Positions 44,460 to 54,892 of a stretch of 64,000 bases of DNA are shown here, piece after piece. The stretch comes from Acidimicrobiales bacterium (lineage in GTDB: Bacteria; Actinomycetota; Acidimicrobiia; Acidimicrobiales; RAAP-2). The translations under genes were made by a program, and so were the position numbers. The number at the start of each line of letters is the position of its first letter. Positions within the stretch are counted from its first letter, which is position 1. The stretch covers positions 573-64,572 of the forward strand of contig DATJTU010000118.1 of NCBI GenBank assembly GCA_035503015.1, given 5' to 3'. The notes under the pieces are model-generated. The model ran no database searches, was not told the origin of the DNA, and saw only the letters and a program-made list of their open reading frames with translations.

Positions 44460-46277
44460 TCACGGACTGGCGACGTTCGCGTTCCCTGTCCCGCTCACCG
44501 CGGCGTAATCGCTGTCACCCGAGTAGGCGGCTGTAATCGCGTACGGCGCGTTGGCGTTCATCAACTGCCCGGCGTCGATCACGCATTTGGCGAGGCCCTG
44601 ATTGTTGACGTTGGTGCTGATGTTGACGACGTTCGAACCGCTGTCGCAGGTAAGCGTGTCCGAGGAAGAATCCGCTCCCGTGATGGTGAACGTGACGGTT
44701 CCCGACGGGGCGCCGAGAGATCCGGACGCCCTTGCGTCGGGGATGATCGCCGTCTTGATGACCAGCTTGCCTTCGTTCTTGACCGGGTTGTGGTTCAAGA
44801 ACAGCTCCATCGTCGTCGGAACCGTTGTGACCTCGATGTGACCGACGTCGGTGTTCGTGCTCGCCGACAGGTTTCCGTTCCCCTCATAGTTGGCGACCAC
44901 GTCCCAGAACCCGGGGCTGAGCCCTTCGGGGACGTTGATCGTGATCCTGTTCCGATTGTTGGTCACGTCCTTGGCGTTCGGAGCCGGAAGCACATAGCTG
45001 TTCCCAACCGTGCCGTCCTGCGCGGTGCACTGCGCAGCGCCGTTGAGGCAGATGGCGTACTCGACGACACCGATAGGTGCTCCCATTCCAGGCGTCGCTG
45101 TCTGAATCTGGACACCGAACGAGAACCCCTGCGACGCCAGGTACGAGCCCTGGAAGTTCATCAAGGTGGTTGTCGTCGCGGCCTTGCTGACCGGCTGCAC
45201 CAATGTTCCCGCGACGGGCGACTTGAAGTTCGGGTCCGACAGCGTCGCCGAGACCGTGTAAGACAGGCCCTTGCCCTGCAGGCCCGCCGGGACGCTGCAC
45301 GTCGCGCTCAGGCTCGAGATCGGTTGCGTGTCGCCGCCCATGCAGGTCGCGGTGAGCGGCGGTCCCCCGTTGTTGCTGACGAGGCTGAAGACGACATTGC
45401 CGGTCGGGGTGCCCGACCCCGGTGGGTTGACTGCGATGTTGGCCGTGAAGGTGACCGCCTGACCCGTCACGAGGGTGCTCGCCGAGCTCATCACCGTGAC
45501 CGTCGTCGTCGCCTTCGCGACGCCTTGCGTCGCCGTTCCGGTGCTCGGGTGATAGTTCTTGTCGCCGGAGTAACTCGCCGTGACAGTGTAGGGCGACCCG
45601 GCTGCGAACAGTCCAGCCGAGACGGCGCACTGGGCCATGTCGTTGGCGTCGAGGGTCGGCATGTCACCGTCGTCGCAGTTCACCGTGCTGCCGTCGTGTC
45701 CAGTGATGGCGAACGTCACGGTGCCCGTCGGGACCCCCGTCGAGGGACTCACTGGTGCGACCACCGCCGTGAACGTCACGCCCTCGCCGGTGACAGTCGG
45801 GTTGGACGAGGCGGTGACGGCTGTCGTCGTGGAGCCGAGATGGATCACCTCTGGCGTCGGACCGGCGCTACTTGGCGCGAACGTGCTGTCACCCGAATAG
45901 CTGGCCGTCACCTGGTACGGCGAGGCGGCCGCGAACAGGCCGGCGCTGAACGAACACTGGGCCTCACTGCCGGTCGACGCCGGGGTCAGATTGATGGTGT
46001 CGCTCCCGCCGTCGCAGACGGGCGTCGACGAGTCCGCACCGACGATCGTGAAGGTCACCGTGCCGGTCGGAGTTTGCACGTTGTGGGTGACCGTTGCCGT
46101 GAAGGTGATCGGGGCGCCGGTGAGGGCGGGCACGCTCGACGTGAGAACGGTTGTCGTGGCCTTCGACCCCGTCGCCGCCGCCGGCGAGGAGACGAGCGCC
46201 AAGCTTGCGAGCGCCACCACCGAAGCGATGCTCGCCACTCGAAAAGCGATCTGCCGCGCTGCCCGCGCATGCCCCAT
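44460..46277 (-). CDS. Secreted bacterial Ig-like domain repeat protein
   Basis: The ATG at 46275-46277 is preceded by GGGAGG. Signal peptide ...ALASLALVSSPAAATG. Five to six repeats of about 95 aa each carry PTGTVTF, paired Cys and a YTVTASYSGD-type ending. Confidence 0.75.
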   Translation of the reverse strand: MGHARAARQIAFRVASIASVVALASLALVSSPAAATGSKATTTVLTSSVPALTGAPITFTATVTHNVQTPTGTVTFTIVGADSSTPVCDGGSDTINLTPASTGSEAQCSFSAGLFAAASPYQVTASYSGDSTFAPSSAGPTPEVIHLGSTTTAVTASSNPTVTGEGVTFTAVVAPVSPSTGVPTGTVTFAITGHDGSTVNCDDGDMPTLDANDMAQCAVSAGLFAAGSPYTVTASYSGDKNYHPSTGTATQGVAKATTTVTVMSSASTLVTGQAVTFTANIAVNPPGSGTPTGNVVFSLVSNNGGPPLTATCMGGDTQPISSLSATCSVPAGLQGKGLSYTVSATLSDPNFKSPVAGTLVQPVSKAATTTTLMNFQGSYLASQGFSFGVQIQTATPGMGAPIGVVEYAICLNGAAQCTAQDGTVGNSYVLPAPNAKDVTNNRNRITINVPEGLSPGFWDVVANYEGNGNLSASTNTDVGHIEVTTVPTTMELFLNHNPVKNEGKLVIKTAIIPDARASGSLGAPSGTVTFTITGADSSSDTLTCDSGSNVVNISTNVNNQGLAKCVIDAGQLMNANAPYAITAAYSGDSDYAAVSGTGNANVASP

Positions 46278-46465
46278 GTGGAATCCTCCCTCAAATTCCT
46301 CCCGAGCACGACCGCGTTCGTGCCTCGGACAACGCCTGATACGTCCGCCTGACTCGCCATCTTGGGCCCGCCGCACGGAGGGCCATGACCGCCGGGTACC
46401 ACTATGGAGGCTGCAGCGCGCGCCCGGCGGGATTGGGTCTGAGTTCTTCTCTAGTTCACAAAGAT

Positions 46466-47824
46466 TTAAGGGTTCGTTCGCGCGGCGTTCGCGCCTTGTC
46501 CGGCTGGTGTCCACACTCCTCCTGCGATGTGGACGAAGGACGCGCCCGAGACGTTGCCTCGCCGTCCGTACCCGGTGACCACGTCCCGCGAGAAGGCCGC
46601 CGTCGCTCCGGAGAGCCCGTAGACGGCCCCTTCTGCGGATCCGGACGGAAAGACCAGGTGGGAATCGGCCACGGTGACATTGCCGCCTTGGAGCTGGACG
46701 CAGCCGACGTACGCACTGGTCCCACAGCGAAGGACGTCCGAGGTGAAGACGAAGGGCCCCCGGAGCCGCCCCTTCTTGCCGCCACGGCCGTGGCGGACGA
46801 CCAAGATGGCCGATCCGGCCTGCGGCATCGTCATCGTGCAGTGCTCCACGGTGATGTCGTGGGTGCCCGACGCATTGCCCGACCCCCCGTTCGCGAAGAA
46901 CACGTCGCCACCCGAGGCGACGCAACCGTCGATCGTGACATCGGTCGCGCCCTCGCCCGTCTGGTCCGCCTCCACGTCAAAGGTGTCGAGGCCCACATTC
47001 CTCAGGATGATGTCGCTGACCTGTGCGCCGCTGATGGAGGCGAGCGTGAGGCCCTGCCGTCCGGCTCCGTCGATGGTCACCCCATCGATCGTGACGTTCG
47101 ACGCTGGGGCGATGATCATTCCCGAGTTGTGGTTTGCACCGCCCCGGAGCGGGGCGAGGGTGATGCCGTCACCGAACGTGTCCGTGATCGTCACGCCGCG
47201 GACCACCGCGTTCGCTGTTCCTTGGAAGTCGATCCCGGCGGCAAAGGCAAGGCGGGGATGGAAGCCCCCCGTGTTCGCCCCGGATATCTGCATCGACTCG
47301 AGCGTCACGTGTGAGCCTCCGACCACGGCGAACGCTGCGTGACCCTTCGCTGACGCCGCTTTGCCCTTCTGATCGCTCGGGACTGCCGTGGACCGGTACT
47401 GCCCCCCATACACGGTCAGGCCCTGGGGGTTCTTGAGCCTGATGCCCTCGTTGACCTCGTAGCACGCGCCGGAACGCATCACCACGGTCGTGTCAGGGGC
47501 GAGTGCTTTGAACCAGGACTTCAGGGCTGCGCTTACGTCGACCGAACAGTCCGATGCGATCGTGGCTGGAGGAGCCACGCTCGGACCGGCTGGAACCGGT
47601 ACCGAGATGGCGCCTCCGGTCAGGACCGGTTGCGCGGGCAACGTCGTGGCCGTCGAGGGTTGGGTCGACGGGGTCGGCCCCCGTTGCGTCGTATGCGTGC
47701 GACTCGTACCTGTCGACGAAGGATGCGCAGGGGACGACGAGCACGCCGCGAGGAAGCCGGCTCCCAGAGCGAACGAGAGCACGACGGCGATTCGACGCAG
47801 ACCGCCGCCGCCGAATCGGCCCAT
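46466..47824 (-). CDS. Right-handed parallel beta-helix repeat lipoprotein (paralogue of 15802..17481)
   Basis: Lipobox GAGFLAACSSSP. Blocks shared with the paralogue: TIASDCSVDVS, DGITLAPLRGG, IDGAGRQGLTLASISGA and FDVEADQTGEGA. Confidence 0.7.
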   Translation of the reverse strand: MGRFGGGGLRRIAVVLSFALGAGFLAACSSSPAHPSSTGTSRTHTTQRGPTPSTQPSTATTLPAQPVLTGGAISVPVPAGPSVAPPATIASDCSVDVSAALKSWFKALAPDTTVVMRSGACYEVNEGIRLKNPQGLTVYGGQYRSTAVPSDQKGKAASAKGHAAFAVVGGSHVTLESMQISGANTGGFHPRLAFAAGIDFQGTANAVVRGVTITDTFGDGITLAPLRGGANHNSGMIIAPASNVTIDGVTIDGAGRQGLTLASISGAQVSDIILRNVGLDTFDVEADQTGEGATDVTIDGCVASGGDVFFANGGSGNASGTHDITVEHCTMTMPQAGSAILVVRHGRGGKKGRLRGPFVFTSDVLRCGTSAYVGCVQLQGGNVTVADSHLVFPSGSAEGAVYGLSGATAAFSRDVVTGYGRRGNVSGASFVHIAGGVWTPAGQGANAARTNP

Positions 47825-47842
47825 GCCCGGAGGCTATCGTGA

Positions 47843-48577
47843 GTGCGTTCTCACAGGATGTCGGGTCAAGGGGCCATGGTCGAGGGTTACGGTGTGCCCC
47901 CCGCGCAGGGCACAGTGAGGGTCGCCACGAGCACCGATGTGGCCGCGGTGGCGTCGCTTCATTCGAAGGCGATCGCCGAAGGGTTCCTGTCCTCGCTCGG
48001 GAACCGATTCCTGGTTCGCCTCTATGCCCGGATCGTCCGCTCGCCTCATGGGTTCTTGCTCGTCGCGGAACGGGAGGCACCGACGGCCGGCACCGAGTCC
48101 GACGCCGCGTGCCCTGGTGACGTCGTGGGGTTCGTCGCCGGATCAGCCGCTGTGGGTCTCCTGTACCGGGAATTCCTGTGGCGAGATGGACTCGCGGTCG
48201 CCTTCTCATCGGGTATCAAGCTGGCCCAGGCGTTGCCGAAGGTCGTCGAGACACTTCGCCACGGAAGTCGGGACGATCCGGCGCAAACACGTGCAGGCAA
48301 AGCGCACGGATCCGCGCCCACCGAGACCGAACTCCTGGCGATGGCAGTCGACGGGCGAGCGCGCCGCCACGGCATCGGTGCCGCGCTCGTCGAGAGTTTC
48401 ATCGAATCGGCCCGGGCGACCGGATCTGAATCGGCTCGGGTCGTCGTCGCGGCGGAGAACCGAGCAGCCATCGCCTTGTACGCCGGGGCAGGCTTCGGCG
48501 ACCCCACGCCGTTCGAACTTCACTCCGGAACCCCGTCGCTTGTCCTGCGGGCCACGCTGACGAGGGTGCTCCCGTGA
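47843..48577 (+). CDS. GNAT family N-acetyltransferase
   Basis: Motif A LAMAVDGRARRHGIGAALV, followed by AIALYAGAGF. The start is uncertain (47843 to GTG 47915). Confidence 0.7.
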   Translation: MRSHRMSGQGAMVEGYGVPPAQGTVRVATSTDVAAVASLHSKAIAEGFLSSLGNRFLVRLYARIVRSPHGFLLVAEREAPTAGTESDAACPGDVVGFVAGSAAVGLLYREFLWRDGLAVAFSSGIKLAQALPKVVETLRHGSRDDPAQTRAGKAHGSAPTETELLAMAVDGRARRHGIGAALVESFIESARATGSESARVVVAAENRAAIALYAGAGFGDPTPFELHSGTPSLVLRATLTRVLP

Positions 48578-49547
48578 CGCCGGAGGCGAGCCTTGCTGTG
48601 GCGGCAGGTGCATTTTGCGCTTCGCTCGCAGCAACGCCACTCGCGGCCCGATTGGCCACGCATGTCGGGTTGCTCGACCGACCCGGTCCACTCAAGCCAC
48701 ACACGCGCGCCACGCCGTACCTCGGCGGTCTCGGCGTGGCCGCCGGTGTGGGCCTCGGCGCAGCCGTCGTCATGCCCTGGTTGCTCGTGCCGGCAGGGAT
48801 GGCACTTGCGCTGGGCACGGCGGACGACGTCCGACCGCTTCCCCCCGCGCTTCGCGTGCTAGGGGAACTGGCGATCGGTCTGGCGCTGGCCGCGGTGGTC
48901 TCGACACGCGTCGGCGCAGCAGGGTACGTCCTGGTGCCGGCCGCCACACTTGCCCTCATCAACGGGTTCAATCTCCTCGACGGGCTCGACGCGCTCTGCG
49001 GCGCCGTCGCCCTGGCGGCGGCCATCGGATTCAGCGCGCTTCTCACCGGGGACCCGCGGACCCTCGCGTTAGCACTCGCGGCAACGATGGCCGCATTCTT
49101 GATCTTCAATCGCCCGCCCGCAAAGGTGTATCTCGGCGACGGCGGCGCCTACCTGGTGGCTGTCGTGGTGACGGCGCTGCTGGCGTGCGCCTGGTCGCCT
49201 GCACAGTCACGGTCGACGGGAATTGCCGCCCTTGCGGTCGTCGCGCTGCCCGTCGTCGAGGTCGTACTGGCACTGTTTCGGCGCGTGCGCTCTGGATCAT
49301 CACTCGTCGCAGGCGATCGCGATCACCCATATGACGTACTCGTTCGATCGGGTTGGAGCATCCGCCGGACGGTGAGCGCGTACATGCTCGCGGAACTGGC
49401 GGCCGTTGCGCTTGCCCTCGCCGCCTCACACCTCGTGGACCCGTTTGCCTGGGTCCTGACCGCCCTCACCGCATTGGGATTGCTCGCCACAGGATTCAGA
49501 GCCGCGTCGGCTGCGCCGAACCACAAACCGATGGGCGAGCGCTCGAC

Positions 49548-49551
<4 letters not shown>
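48574..49551 (+). CDS. Polyprenyl-phosphate N-acetylhexosamine-1-phosphate transferase (MraY/WecA family)
   Basis: About 10 TM helices. Motifs seen: TADDVRPLP, INGFNLLDGLDAL and VYLGDGGAY. The GTG start overlaps the GNAT stop (GTGA). Confidence 0.8.
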
Positions 49552-50678
<1,127 letters not shown>

Positions 50679-50688
50679 GCTCGAGGAC

Positions 50689-51702
50689 ATGTCGAGCCCG
50701 GTCTCCGAGCGGCCTCAGTTCGCCTATCTCGTCCTGAGCCACAAGGACGCAAAGGATGTCGAAACTCTCGCCGACCGGATCCTCGAACTAAGTCCCTGCG
50801 CACGAATCGTGGTCCACCACGACGCGAGGGCGGGCGCCGCACCGTGGGCCGGCGAACCGCCGGCGCCGATCCATCTCGTCGAACGCGGCGAGGTCTCGTG
50901 GGGTGACTGGTCGATGATCGAGGCGACGCTGCGACTGCTTCGGTACGGCGTCGAGCGGACCGATGCCGACTGGTTCGTCCTGCTCTCGGGCGAGCACCGC
51001 CCCGCGGTCGACCTCGAGGCGTGGGAGGTGACGACCGTGGCCTCCGGCAGCGACGCGCTCTTGCCGGCGCGCCGGCTTCCTGGTCGTGTCCGTTTCGGCA
51101 CGAGGGCCGCCGAAGACAACGAGTACCTGGCACGGAGCCGACACCGTTGGTCGCTGGTCGCGCGCCCCCGCCAGCCTGCCGCGCAGCGTGCGATGGGCCT
51201 TCTGATGAAGCTCAGCCGCCACGTGCGGCCTGTGCTGTCCATCGAATACGTGCATCGTCGTGATTCGTGGGCCGTCGGTCGCTTTCGACGCGCAGGGGTC
51301 ATGAAGGAGAGGGCCTTCTACCGGGGCTCCCAATGGTTCGCGTTGAATCGCCGCAGCGCCACCGCCGCGCTCACGGTCGATCCCGCAACGAAGGAGTGGT
51401 TCACGCGCAGCTGGATCCCCGACGAGACGTACTTGCAGACGGCCCTGCGCGGCGATCCGAGCCTTCTCATCGCGGACACGCCGACCACCTTTGTCCTCGA
51501 CACGCCGGAGAAGCCCTTTCCCGGATGGATGCAGCTCTCGGACGCGGACCTTCCGGCCGTCCACGCATCGGGACTGCCTTTCGCCCGAAAGGTCGACCCG
51601 ATCAACCGCCCCGAGGTCGTTGCACGCCTTGACGAGGCAGCCGATCGCCAACGTGACGCGCTCCCGACACGCAAGGACGGACGGCCTCGGACCCTGAAAT
51701 GA
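50689..51702 (+). CDS. Glycosyltransferase family 14 (Core-2/I-branching enzyme type), copy 1
   Basis: Branch-domain blocks FAYLVLSHKD, VSWGDWSMIEATLRLL, VLLSGEHRP, GSQWFALNRR, IPDETYLQTAL and PFARKVD. Confidence 0.85.
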   Translation: MSSPVSERPQFAYLVLSHKDAKDVETLADRILELSPCARIVVHHDARAGAAPWAGEPPAPIHLVERGEVSWGDWSMIEATLRLLRYGVERTDADWFVLLSGEHRPAVDLEAWEVTTVASGSDALLPARRLPGRVRFGTRAAEDNEYLARSRHRWSLVARPRQPAAQRAMGLLMKLSRHVRPVLSIEYVHRRDSWAVGRFRRAGVMKERAFYRGSQWFALNRRSATAALTVDPATKEWFTRSWIPDETYLQTALRGDPSLLIADTPTTFVLDTPEKPFPGWMQLSDADLPAVHASGLPFARKVDPINRPEVVARLDEAADRQRDALPTRKDGRPRTLK

Positions 51703-51830
51703 GCCGTCGATGCCTGGTCTACACTCCGCTTCGCCGGAGGTTGACAGCGAGCACACACCTACACGTGTTCGCGTAATCGTCACGACCCGGGCGGCGCGGA
51801 GCAAAGACGCAGCGTTCGAAGGATCATCTG

Positions 51831-52853
51831 GTGGAAGCTGCAGTGTCCGGAAAGGGGATCGAGGGTTCGAGCGAAGTCCGTGGCGGCTGCGCATACCTCG
51901 TCCTGTCCCACAAGAACCCGTCGCAGGTCGAAAGCCTGGCGCAGCGAATCCTTGCCCTGAGCCCAACCGCCTCCGTCGTCATCCACCACGACCGCACGGG
52001 TGGTCCCCCGCCCTGGGACGGGCGAGAGCCACCGGCCCGTGTCCAGTTCGTCGAGCGGACGGCCGTCGAATGGGGCGGCTGGTCGATCGTCGAGGCCACG
52101 GTGAGGCTGCTCCGTTTCGCCCAGGAGGAGCTCGACCACGAGTGGGTCGTGATCGTGTCCGGGGAGCATTGGCCCGTGACCGACTTGGCCTCGTGGGAAG
52201 CAGAGCTGGTCGCCTCCGGTGCCGACGCCCGGATGCCGGCCGAGGAGTTACCCCGGAGGCTCCGCTTCGGACGGCGGGACGCGGACGCCAACCGCGATCT
52301 GGCGCGGTGCCGGCTTCGCTGGTTCCGCGTCGCGCGGCCTCGCTGGGCACCGGCGCACAAAGCACTCGCCGGCCTCTCGAAGCTCAGCACCCTGAGTCAC
52401 CCCGTCTGCAAGCTCGAGTTCTCCCAGCGCAACGATTCCTGGTTCGTTGGTGTCCCCCGCCGTAGAGGCGCAGTCACCGGGTGGACGCTGTTCAAGGGTT
52501 CAGAGTGGTTCGCCTGCAACAGACGAGCCGCTGCGGCCGTGCTGCAGGCGGACGAGCGAGTTGCCTCGTGGTTCCGCCGCAGCCACATCCCAGACGAGTC
52601 GTACTTCCAATCGCTCTTGCACCGTGACGGCCGGCTCAGGATCGATCACAGGGTGGTCACCTGGGTGCCTCCGCAACCACCGGCACCGACACAGGGCTGG
52701 ATGCTGCTCAAAGCCGACGAGCTTCCCGCGGTAGTGACTTCGGGCGCTGCCTTTGCGAGAAAGTTGGATCCCAAGCGCAACCCCGAGGCCATCGCGGCAA
52801 GTGATGCGTATGTCGACGCAACGAGACAGTCCACAGCGGAGCGCGTCCCGTGA
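51831..52853 (+). CDS. Glycosyltransferase family 14, copy 2
   Basis: GTG start with a GAAGGA 7 nt upstream. Blocks CAYLVLSHKN, VEWGGWSIVEATVRLL, VSGEHWP, GSEWFACNRR, IPDESYFQSLL and AFARKLD. Confidence 0.85.
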   Translation: MEAAVSGKGIEGSSEVRGGCAYLVLSHKNPSQVESLAQRILALSPTASVVIHHDRTGGPPPWDGREPPARVQFVERTAVEWGGWSIVEATVRLLRFAQEELDHEWVVIVSGEHWPVTDLASWEAELVASGADARMPAEELPRRLRFGRRDADANRDLARCRLRWFRVARPRWAPAHKALAGLSKLSTLSHPVCKLEFSQRNDSWFVGVPRRRGAVTGWTLFKGSEWFACNRRAAAAVLQADERVASWFRRSHIPDESYFQSLLHRDGRLRIDHRVVTWVPPQPPAPTQGWMLLKADELPAVVTSGAAFARKLDPKRNPEAIAASDAYVDATRQSTAERVP

Positions 52854-54892
52854 ACGCGACACGACTCGCGGGTTTCGACCTCGTGGATGAGGACGCTCGT
52901 TTCGCCTACCTCATTCTCACCCACAAGGATCCGCATCAGGTCGAGGCGCTCGCGGAGCGGATCCTCGGCCTGAGCCCGCATGCGCAAGTCGTCATCCATC
53001 ACGATCTTGCCGCCGACGACGTGCCGTGGGGCGGTCGGCCGCCGAGCCGGGTCCATTTCGTCGAGCGCGGCCGGGTCCTGTGGGGCGACTGGTCGATCGT
53101 CGAGGCCACCCTGCGCATGGCCCGCTTCGCGCTCGAGCAACTCCGAGTCGACTGGTTCGTCGTGCTCTCGGGGGAGCACTGGCCGGTGACAGACCTTCGT
53201 CAGTGGGAGGCGACGGCTGCCGGATCAGGGGTCGACGCGTTCGTCGAAGCGGACCGGCTGCCTCAGCGGCTCCGTTTCGGGCGGGCGGACGAGGGCGGGA
53301 ACATGTACCTGTCCCGCTGCATCCACCGCTGGGTAAGCGTGCGCCAACCTCGCCTGTCCGCCGCCCATCGGGCGATCGGGGGCGTGTGGAAGGTCAGCCT
53401 CTACCTCAGCCCCCTCTTTACCGTGGAGTACTCCCACCGCCGCCAGACGTGGTTTTTCGGCCGCCCCCGGCCGCGCGGCGCGCTCGAGCAGTGGGCGTTC
53501 TACAAGGGATCGCAATGGATCGCCTTCAATGCCAAAGCGGCGAGAGCCATCTTGGACGCCGACCCCGCACTTCCAGAGTGGTTCCGATCGGGCCACATCC
53601 CAGACGAGACCTATTTCCACACCGTGCTGCGCCATGCCGATGATCTCGTCGTCACGACCGACACCGTGACCTACGTGCCGGTCGGGCCGAAGAAGCCGAC
53701 CCCGCGATGGATGGTGCTCACACTCGACGACCTTCCGACCGTGTGGGCCTCCGGCGCGGCGTTTGCCCGCAAGGTCGACCTCGCCGGCCGACCTGAAGTG
53801 ATCGAAGCCCTCAACGCCGAAGTCGACCGCCGACGGGCGGGCGGCAGCGACCGCCCGCAACCCGACGACACACCGAACGAGCGGGCGAAGCCGGGAATGC
53901 CGCCGTCCCGATCGAAGCCGGACGCTCCATCGTGTGTCGCCGTCGTCGGGATGCACCGGAGCGGCACGTCTGCGACCGCCGGGCTGCTCGTCGGCCTGGG
54001 CCTCACCGGCCCGCGCCCAGACGACCTCGTCCCCGCCAGCGACTCGAACGAACGTGGCCACTGGGAGAGCGAGACGGTGCACATGTGCAATGTGCGCGTG
54101 TTGGCGGCCAGGGGCGCCGACACGTACGCACCACCGCCTCCCTCGTCGGGATGGGAGTACGACAACCGGTTCGACCCCCTCCGGGCCGAGGCCGCACAGT
54201 GGTTCGGCTCCACCCTCAGCCGCCGGCCTGTCGTCCTCAAGGACCCACGGTTGTGCCTCACCCTGCCGCTGTGGAGGACCGCGCTACCCAGCCCACTGGC
54301 GACGGTGTTCGTGCTCCGCGATCCGCTCGAGGTGGCTCGCTCCCTACAAGCCCGCGACGAGCTGCCGACGGTCCTCGGCTTGGCACTGTGGGACCGCTAC
54401 GTGCGCTCGGCTGTCCTCAGCCTCGAGGGTTTGCCCACGCTGGTGGTCGACTACGCGGCGATGGTGCAGGACCCCGCCAAGTGGAGCGACGTGGTCTGCG
54501 GCTATCTCGAGGAGCTGGGTATCGACCTCCAACCCGACGCACGCGATGCCGCGTTGAAGTTCCTCGATGCACGCTTGCGGCACCACACGGACGAGAACCC
54601 GGAGTACGAGCCGCTCCTCGGAGCGCACCGCGAGGTCCACGCCATCCTGGCTGAACGCGTCGGGGGACATCGCTCCTGGTCGGCCCCCGAGCTCCCGCCC
54701 GCGCCGCCGTGGGCGGACTACGTCCTACAACTCCGTCGCGAAGTCGTCTTGGCCAAACACGAGCTCTACTGGACGAAGTCGTCGCGCATGTTCAGGGCGG
54801 CGAGCTCGCTGTGGCGCCTGACCGGGGGCGGTCCGCGGGAGTCGGTGCGCGAGTTCGGCTCTGCCGAAGACGATTCGGCGTCGAGGCCGTGA
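52850..54892 (+). CDS. Bifunctional GT14 glycosyltransferase - sulfotransferase fusion
   Basis: aa 1-330 form GT14 copy 3 (FAYLILTHKD, VLWGDWSIVEATLRM, LSGEHWP, GSQWIAFN, IPDETYFHTVL, AFARKVD). A Pro/Arg linker follows. From about nt 53930 comes a sulfotransferase domain (VVGMHRSGTSATAG, VLKDPRLCLTLPLW, VLRDPLEVARSL). The GTG start overlaps the upstream TGA. Confidence 0.85.
   Translation: MNATRLAGFDLVDEDARFAYLILTHKDPHQVEALAERILGLSPHAQVVIHHDLAADDVPWGGRPPSRVHFVERGRVLWGDWSIVEATLRMARFALEQLRVDWFVVLSGEHWPVTDLRQWEATAAGSGVDAFVEADRLPQRLRFGRADEGGNMYLSRCIHRWVSVRQPRLSAAHRAIGGVWKVSLYLSPLFTVEYSHRRQTWFFGRPRPRGALEQWAFYKGSQWIAFNAKAARAILDADPALPEWFRSGHIPDETYFHTVLRHADDLVVTTDTVTYVPVGPKKPTPRWMVLTLDDLPTVWASGAAFARKVDLAGRPEVIEALNAEVDRRRAGGSDRPQPDDTPNERAKPGMPPSRSKPDAPSCVAVVGMHRSGTSATAGLLVGLGLTGPRPDDLVPASDSNERGHWESETVHMCNVRVLAARGADTYAPPPPSSGWEYDNRFDPLRAEAAQWFGSTLSRRPVVLKDPRLCLTLPLWRTALPSPLATVFVLRDPLEVARSLQARDELPTVLGLALWDRYVRSAVLSLEGLPTLVVDYAAMVQDPAKWSDVVCGYLEELGIDLQPDARDAALKFLDARLRHHTDENPEYEPLLGAHREVHAILAERVGGHRSWSAPELPPAPPWADYVLQLRREVVLAKHELYWTKSSRMFRAASSLWRLTGGGPRESVREFGSAEDDSASRP

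Noticed and set aside
44397-46352. 651-aa plus-strand ORF antisense to the Ig-repeat gene.
   Set aside because: Arg/Gly/Asp/Val-rich. The internal repetition simply mirrors the Ig repeats on the other strand.
29041-47824. The idea that the ~18-kb block separating the two glycan arms is a mobile-element insertion.
   Set aside because: I saw no integrase, transposase, recombinase, tRNA target, flanking direct repeats or obvious compositional break. Gene content is envelope and phosphate transport. The question is left open as a synteny check only.
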